Shown here one piece after another: positions 8,621 to 13,994 of a DNA stretch of 13,994 bases. A program made the position numbers and the translations under genes. Positions within the stretch are counted from its first letter, which is position 1; each line of letters opens with the position of its first letter. Origin of the DNA: Naegleria gruberi (Eukaryota). The DNA is taken from assembly GCA_000004985.1 (NCBI GenBank), contig GG738989.1; one strand, given 5' to 3'. The notes under the pieces are model-generated. The model saw nothing but the letters and a program-made list of their open reading frames with translations. It had not been told where the DNA came from and did not search any database.

Positions 8621-11600
8621 NNNNNNNNNNNNNNNNNNNNNNNNNNNNNNNNNNNNNNNNNNNNNNNNNNNNNNNNNNNNNNNNNNNNNNNNNNNNNNNN
8701 NNNNNNNNNNNNNNNNNNNNNNNNNNNNNNNNNNNNNNNNNNNNNNNNNNNNNNNNNNNNNNNNNNNNNNNNNNNNNNNNNNNNNNNNNNNNNNNNNNNN
8801 NNNNNNNNNNNNNNNNNNNNNNNNNNNNNNNNNNNNNNNNNNNNNNNNNNNNNNNNNNNNNNNNNNNNNNNNNNNNNNNNNNNNNNNNNNNNNNNNNNNN
8901 NNNNNNNNNNNNNNNNNNNNNNNNNNNNNNNNNNNNNNNNNNNNNNNNNNNNNNNNNNNNNNNNNNNNNNNNNNNNNNNNNNNNNNNNNNNNNNNNNNNN
9001 NNNNNNNNNNNNNNNNNNNNNNNNNNNNNNNNNNNNNNNNNNNNNNNNNNNNNNNNNNNNNNNNNNNNNNNNNNNNNNNNNNNNNNNNNNNNNNNNNNNN
9101 NNNNNNNNNNNNNNNNNNNNNNNNNNNNNNNNNNNNNNNNNNNNNNNNNNNNNNNNNNNNNNNNNNNNNNNNNNNNNNNNNNNNNNNNNNNNNNNNNNNN
9201 NNNNNNNNNNNNNNNNNNNNNNNNNNNNNNNNNNNNNNNNNNNNNNNNNNNNNNNNNNNNNNNNNNNNNNNNNNNNNNNNNNNNNNNNNNNNNNNNNNNN
9301 NNNNNNNNNNNNNNNNNNNNNNNNNNNNNNNNNNNNNNNNNNNNNNNNNNNNNNNNNNNNNNNNNNNNNNNNNNNNNNNNNNNNNNNNNNNNNNNNNNNN
9401 NNNNNNNNNNNNNNNNNNNNNNNNNNNNNNNNNNNNNNNNNNNNNNNNNNNNNNNNNNNNNNNNNNNNNNNNNNNNNNNNNNNNNNNNNNNNNNNNNNNN
9501 NNNNNNNNNNNNNNNNNNNNNNNNNNNNNNNNNNNNNNNNNNNNNNNNNNNNNNNNNNNNNNNNNNNNNNNNNNNNNNNNNNNNNNNNNNNNNNNNNNNN
9601 NNNNNNNNNNNNNNNNNNNNNNNNNNNNNNNNNNNNNNNNNNNNNNNNNNNNNNNNNNNNNNNNNNNNNNNNNNNNNNNNNNNNNNNNNNNNNNNNNNNN
9701 NNNNNNNNNNNNNNNNNNNNNNNNNNNNNNNNNNNNNNNNNNNNNNNNNNNNNNNNNNNNNNNNNNNNNNNNNNNNNNNNNNNNNNNNNNNNNNNNNNNN
9801 NNNNNNNNNNNNNNNNNNNNNNNNNNNNNNNNNNNNNNNNNNNNNNNNNNNNNNNNNNNNNNNNNNNNNNNNNNNNNNNNNNNNNNNNNNNNNNNNNNNN
9901 NNNNNNNNNNNNNNNNNNNNNNNNNNNNNNNNNNNNNNNNNNNNNNNNNNNNNNNNNNNNNNNNNNNNNNNNNNNNNNNNNNNNNNNNNNNNNNNNNNNN
10001 NNNNNNNNNNNNNNNNNNNNNNNNNNNNNNNNNNNNNNNNNNNNNNNNNNNNNNNNNNNNNNNNNNNNNNNNNNNNNNNNNNNNNNNNNNNNNNNNNNNN
10101 NNNNNNNNNNNNNNNNNNNNNNNNNNNNNNNNNNNNNNNNNNNNNNNNNNNNNNNNNNNNNNNNNNNNNNNNNNNNNNNNNNNNNNNNNNNNNNNNNNNN
10201 NNNNNNNNNNNNNNNNNNNNNNNNNNNNNNNNNNNNNNNNNNNNNNNNNNNNNNNNNNNNNNNNNNNNNNNNNNNNNNNNNNNNNNNNNNNNNNNNNNNN
10301 NNNNNNNNNNNNNNNNNNNNNNNNNNNNNNNNNNNNNNNNNNNNNNNNNNNNNNNNNNNNNNNNNNNNNNNNNNNNNNNNNNNNNNNNNNNNNNNNNNNN
10401 NNNNNNNNNNNNNNNNNNNNNNNNNNNNNNNNNNNNNNNNNNNNNNNNNNNNNNNNNNNNNNNNNNNNNNNNNNNNNNNNNNNNNNNNNNNNNNNNNNNN
10501 NNNNNNNNNNNNNNNNNNNNNNNNNNNNNNNNNNNNNNNNNNNNNNNNNNNNNNNNNNNNNNNNNNNNNNNNNNNNNNNNNNNNNNNNNNNNNNNNNNNN
10601 NNNNNNNNNNNNNNNNNNNNNNNNNNNNNNNNNNNNNNNNNNNNNNNNNNNNNNNNNNNNNNNNNNNNNNNNNNNNNNNNNNNNNNNNNNNNNNNNNNNN
10701 NNNNNNNNNNNNNNNNNNNNNNNNNNNNNNNNNNNNNNNNNNNNNNNNNNNNNNNNNNNNNNNNNNNNNNNNNNNNNNNNNNNNNNNNNNNNNNNNNNNN
10801 NNNNNNNNNNNNNNNNNNNNNNNNNNNNNNNNNNNNNNNNNNNNNNNNNNNNNNNNNNNNNNNNNNNNNNNNNNNNNNNNNNNNNNNNNNNNNNNNNNNN
10901 NNNNNNNNNNNNNNNNNNNNNNNNNNNNNNNNNNNNNNNNNNNNNNNNNNNNNNNNNNNNNNNNNNNNNNNNNNNNNNNNNNNNNNNNNNNNNNNNNNNN
11001 NNNNNNNNNNNNNNNNNNNNNNNNNNNNNNNNNNNNNNNNNNNNNNNNNNNNNNNNNNNNNNNNNNNNNNNNNNNNNNNNNNNNNNNNNNNNNNNNNNNN
11101 NNNNNNNNNNNNNNNNNNNNNNNNNNNNNNNNNNNNNNNNNNNNNNNNNNNNNNNNNNNNNNNNNNNNNNNNNNNNNNNNNNNNNNNNNNNNNNNNNNNN
11201 NNNNNNNNNNNNNNNNNNNNNNNNNNNNNNNNNNNNNNNNNNNNNNNNNNNNNNNNNNNNNNNNNNNNNNNNNNNNNNNNNNNNNNNNNNNNNNNNNNNN
11301 NNNNNNNNNNNNNNNNNNNNNNNNNNNNNNNNNNNNNNNNNNNNNNNNNNNNNNNNNNNNNNNNNNNNNNNNNNNNNNNNNNNNNNNNNNNNNNNNNNNN
11401 NNNNNNNNNNNNNNNNNNNNNNNNNNNNNNNNNNNNNNNNNNNNNNNNNNNNNNNNNNNNNNNNNNNNNNNNNNNNNNNNNNNNNNNNNNNNNNNNNNNN
11501 NNNNNNNNNNNNNNNNNNNNNNNNNNNNNNNNNNNNNNNNNNNNNNNNNNNNNNNNNNNNNNNNNNNNNNNNNNNNNNNNNNNNNNNNNNNNNNNNNNNN

Positions 11601-12169
11601 NNNNNNNNNNNNNNNNNNNNNNNNNNNNNNNNNNNNNNNNNNNNNNNNNNNNNNNNNNNNNNNNNNNNNNNNNNNNNNNNNNNNNNNNNNNNNNNNNNNN
11701 NNNNNNNNNNNNNNNNNNNNNNNNNNNNNNNNNNNNNNNNNNNNNNNNNNNNNNNNNNNNNNNNNNNNNNNNNNNNNNNNNNNNNNNNNNNNNNNNNNNN
11801 NNNNNNNNNNNNNNNNNNNNNNNNNNNNNNNNNNNNNNNNNNNNNNNNNNNNNNNNNNNNNNNNNNNNNNNNNNNNNNNNNNNNNNNNNNNNNNNNNNNN
11901 NNNNNNNNNNNNNNNNNNNNNNNNNNNNNNNNNNNNNNNNNNNNNNNNNNNNNNNNNNNNNNNNNNNNNNNNNNNNNNNNNNNNNNNNNNNNNNNNNNNN
12001 NNNNNNNNNNNNNNNNNNNNNNNNNNNNNNNNNNNNNNNNNNNNNNNNNNNNNNNNNNNNNNNNNNNNNNNNNNNNNNNNNNNNNNNNNNNNNNNNNNNN
12101 NNNNNNNNNNNNNNNNNNNNNNNNNNNNNNNNNNNNNNNNNNNNNNNNNNNNNNNNNNNNNNNNNNNNN
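8621..12169. other. Run of 3549 N (gap or masked); should contain the N-terminal about two thirds of the P4-ATPase gene (minus strand)
   Basis: Direct: all N. The inference about content comes from the truncated P4-ATPase exon at 8535-8620. Confidence 0.95.
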
Positions 12170-12461
12170 TGGAACTATTATATTTAGTAGTAAGAACCTG
12201 GATTATGATGAGGAAGAGGAAGAGGATGAGTATGATGAGGAAGAATTGCCGAAAATTATTGATTTGTATCATTCAGAAACTGGTAAGCTATTCTGTAGAG
12301 AGCTATTAGTTGAAAAGAAAGGGGACATTTTCAATGAACATTCTTTTGGAGCTGGTAGATTGTTGAGTAAGCCAGAAGATAAGATGGAAATAACTGCTAC
12401 AATATGCATGGTGATTGTTCCCAAACAAGCTGACATGAAAAATTACAAGTTGTCATTGTAA
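12170..12461 (+). CDS. 3' end of an unidentified + strand ORF emerging from the gap (poly-acidic DYDEEEEEDEYDEEE stretch, then about 75 aa, TAA stop)
   Basis: Open frame from the gap edge to TAA at 12459-12461. Sense-strand composition is purine-rich. No family recognised; weak resemblance only. Confidence 0.3.
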
Positions 12462-13233
12462 TATGTGCAAGAGTAATAACATTCCAATCTGTTGAAATGT
12501 AGTCACAACTCTTTTTAGCAAAGTTGATCAAAGTTTCACATCAGTTTTTCCAATTTTGGTCAGCATCTCTGTTACTAATGTTGTTGAATCCAAGCTGCAA
12601 AGAATCATTTCACTTATTTTAATATTTCTTGACAAAATGGTTGTGATATGACTTTAAATATTGGTATGAAATCGGTTAGGAAGGTTGCTTGTCTATCATG
12701 TAGTTGCAAGGAAAGCAAGGCTAATTTGTTGTTGGTGGAAGGCTTGATGATTCTCTTCGTTAGCTGTTGATATGAATTAACAAGAAGAAAACTGTTGGTA
12801 GATAACATCACTGGGATGTATTTATTGTTGTGGTGATGAAGATTAAAGAAGTAGATGATGAACAGTTAATGTTAGGAAGCATGTGAAAAATCAACTAGGC
12901 AAATTATGGAAAATACTCGAAAAGCATTGGCAAATCGCCCATCCTGATGAGGTACGATAACAAATCTTCGTCCTCCTCTTCAAATTGGGCCAGTTTGTTT
13001 AACTTGCAGTAAAATTAATTTTACATTAATCTTCTACAACTCTTCCCATGCTCGAAGGAAAGTTTTGAAACTTTCTGGGGTGATGTAATTGATGTAGAAC
13101 AAGGAAATGTTGTTCTTTTTGTTCTACATGTTGTTGATGTTGATGAAAATTATAAAATTAATATTTTGATGGTCATCTTCTTGAAATAAAACGGTCGCAT
13201 CCACTTTGTTGTCATATTCTTGATGATGATTAC

Positions 13234-13482
13234 TCATAACGATGAAGGTTTCCAGCCATGAATCCACAAAAAGTTTTTATAAATTTTATAATTGCTTTCC
13301 AAAATCCGCAATTGATGATAGAATTGTCTAAAATCTAATAATGGTGCTTCCGTATTATACCTCCATGTTCTGTATCCAATCGTTTTAAATGTTATCAAGT
13401 ATTGCTGTTGAAAATCACCAACTGAAAGAGTTGGATTTGTTGAAGAATTTTTCTTTTTAAAATTTTTTACCAAGTGAAACAC
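13234..13482 (-). CDS. Unidentified minus-strand ORF fragment (82 codons), possibly one exon of a spliced gene
   Basis: ORF with non-repetitive amino-acid composition (…GYRTWRYNTEAPLLDFRQFYHQLRILESNYKIYKNFLWIHGWKPSSL). Begins with GTG, not ATG. Neighbouring minus-strand frames also give protein-like fragments. No homology recognised. Confidence 0.2.
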   Translation of the reverse strand: MFHLVKNFKKKNSSTNPTLSVGDFQQQYLITFKTIGYRTWRYNTEAPLLDFRQFYHQLRILESNYKIYKNFLWIHGWKPSSL

Positions 13483-13853
13483 GCATCAAAATTGTTATTG
13501 GTTTTGTTGAACAATAAAATTTAGGTAGAATATATGAAGGAAAATCATTAGATGTGTAGGGGTTTTACGTTTGGAAGATGTCCTAGAATAATTATTCCTC
13601 ATCACGCGAGAAATCATCACCTCCGTATCATTGTTTAGAAATTAATGATTTGTTGCAGACCTTCTATTTAATTTATTTGAAATCATCAACTCGGGATACA
13701 TCACACAAACAAACATTACCCTCAACAGTTTTACCATTTTAATTTTCTCATGATATTGTTCACAACAATCAAAACCAACTTAAAATCTTCCTCGTGACCG
13801 TAAACAATATCACAACCAAAGCAAAAAAACAAACTAAACAACAATAAGATTCA

Positions 13854-13994
13854 ATGGTTGCAAACACTCCATTCAGTTCACTCTTTCTTCATTATACTGG
13901 TTGTCCACTCGTGGCCAAATCATCACTTTTGGGCATGTTGAGAAATTATAGAGAGAGCAAAACGATGCAATCAATCGAAGAAGATTTGAAGAAG
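13854..13994 (+). CDS. Possible 5' end of a + strand gene (ATG at 13854, open to window end, 47 codons)
   Basis: ATG preceded by about 150 nt of A/C-rich, G-poor leader typical of 5'UTRs (…aaccaaagcaaaaaaacaaactaaacaacaataagattcaATGg). No stop before the window end. No homology recognised. Confidence 0.25.
   Translation, partial: MVANTPFSSLFLHYTGCPLVAKSSLLGMLRNYRESKTMQSIEEDLKK

Noticed and set aside
12283-12309. gtaagc...ttag as an intron in the + strand ORF tail
   Set aside because: At 27 nt it is much shorter than the two verified introns in this window, and the ORF is open without it.
12636-12755. + strand 39-aa ORF (MTLNIGMKSVRKVACLSCSCKESKANLLLVEGLMILFVSC) and the minus-strand 65-aa ORF at 12614-12811
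   Set aside because: Short, mutually overlapping on opposite strands, no recognisable domain. Cannot be distinguished from chance ORFs.
1-13994. Ciliate (Paramecium or Tetrahymena type) macronuclear chromosome, suggested by the C3A3 telomere and short telomere tract
   Set aside because: All Gln codons in confident coding sequence are CAA/CAG. TAA terminates both the NHL and flippase ORFs at family-appropriate positions. Intron sizes do not fit. Stentor (standard code) has ~15-nt introns, unlike the 40-46 nt seen here.
1-13994. Prokaryotic-style systems (CRISPR arrays, defense islands, IS elements, tRNA genes)
   Set aside because: There are no direct-repeat/spacer arrays and no tRNA-like GC-rich cloverleaf candidates (no GGTTCGAATCC-type T-arm). 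The gene structure is clearly eukaryotic, with spliceosomal introns, AATAAA signals and a telomere.

Overview
Eukaryotic chromosome left end (not prokaryotic; no CRISPR, IS or operon structure). Two N-blocks, 1031-4866 and 8621-12169, make up 53% of the window and hide most of one gene. The other features are listed below.

- **Telomere.** Positions 1-228 are a terminal tandem array of about 38 CCCAAA units (G-strand TTTGGG on the minus strand), with degenerate units at the very tip.
- **Subtelomere.** About 0.8 kb follows that is AT-rich, G-depleted on the + strand and non-coding. It contains a 55-nt nested hairpin.
- **Repeat-bearing block.** About 1.3 kb (4867-6173) is stop-rich and non-coding, with internally repeated short motifs.
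- **NHL gene.** The first gene (minus strand) is an intronless six-blade NHL-repeat beta-propeller protein. It ends in a polybasic stretch and a CaaX-like CQIV.
- **P4-ATPase gene.** The second gene (minus strand) is a P4-type phospholipid-translocating ATPase (flippase). I resolved its last three exons, separated by 46-nt and 40-nt GTAAGT...AG introns; the rest lies in the second N-block.

Both identified genes are transcribed toward the telomere, and intergenic spacers are about 300 bp. Gln is encoded only by CAA/CAG and both genes stop at TAA, so this is a standard-code organism (not Tetrahymena or Paramecium) despite the C3A3 telomere unit. Downstream of the second gap there is a + strand ORF tail with a poly-acidic stretch, a G/T-skewed block with fragmentary minus-strand ORFs, and a possible + strand gene start near the window end; these are low confidence. 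I could not tie anything here to a novel biological system beyond what is listed, and the most informative sequence is masked by Ns.
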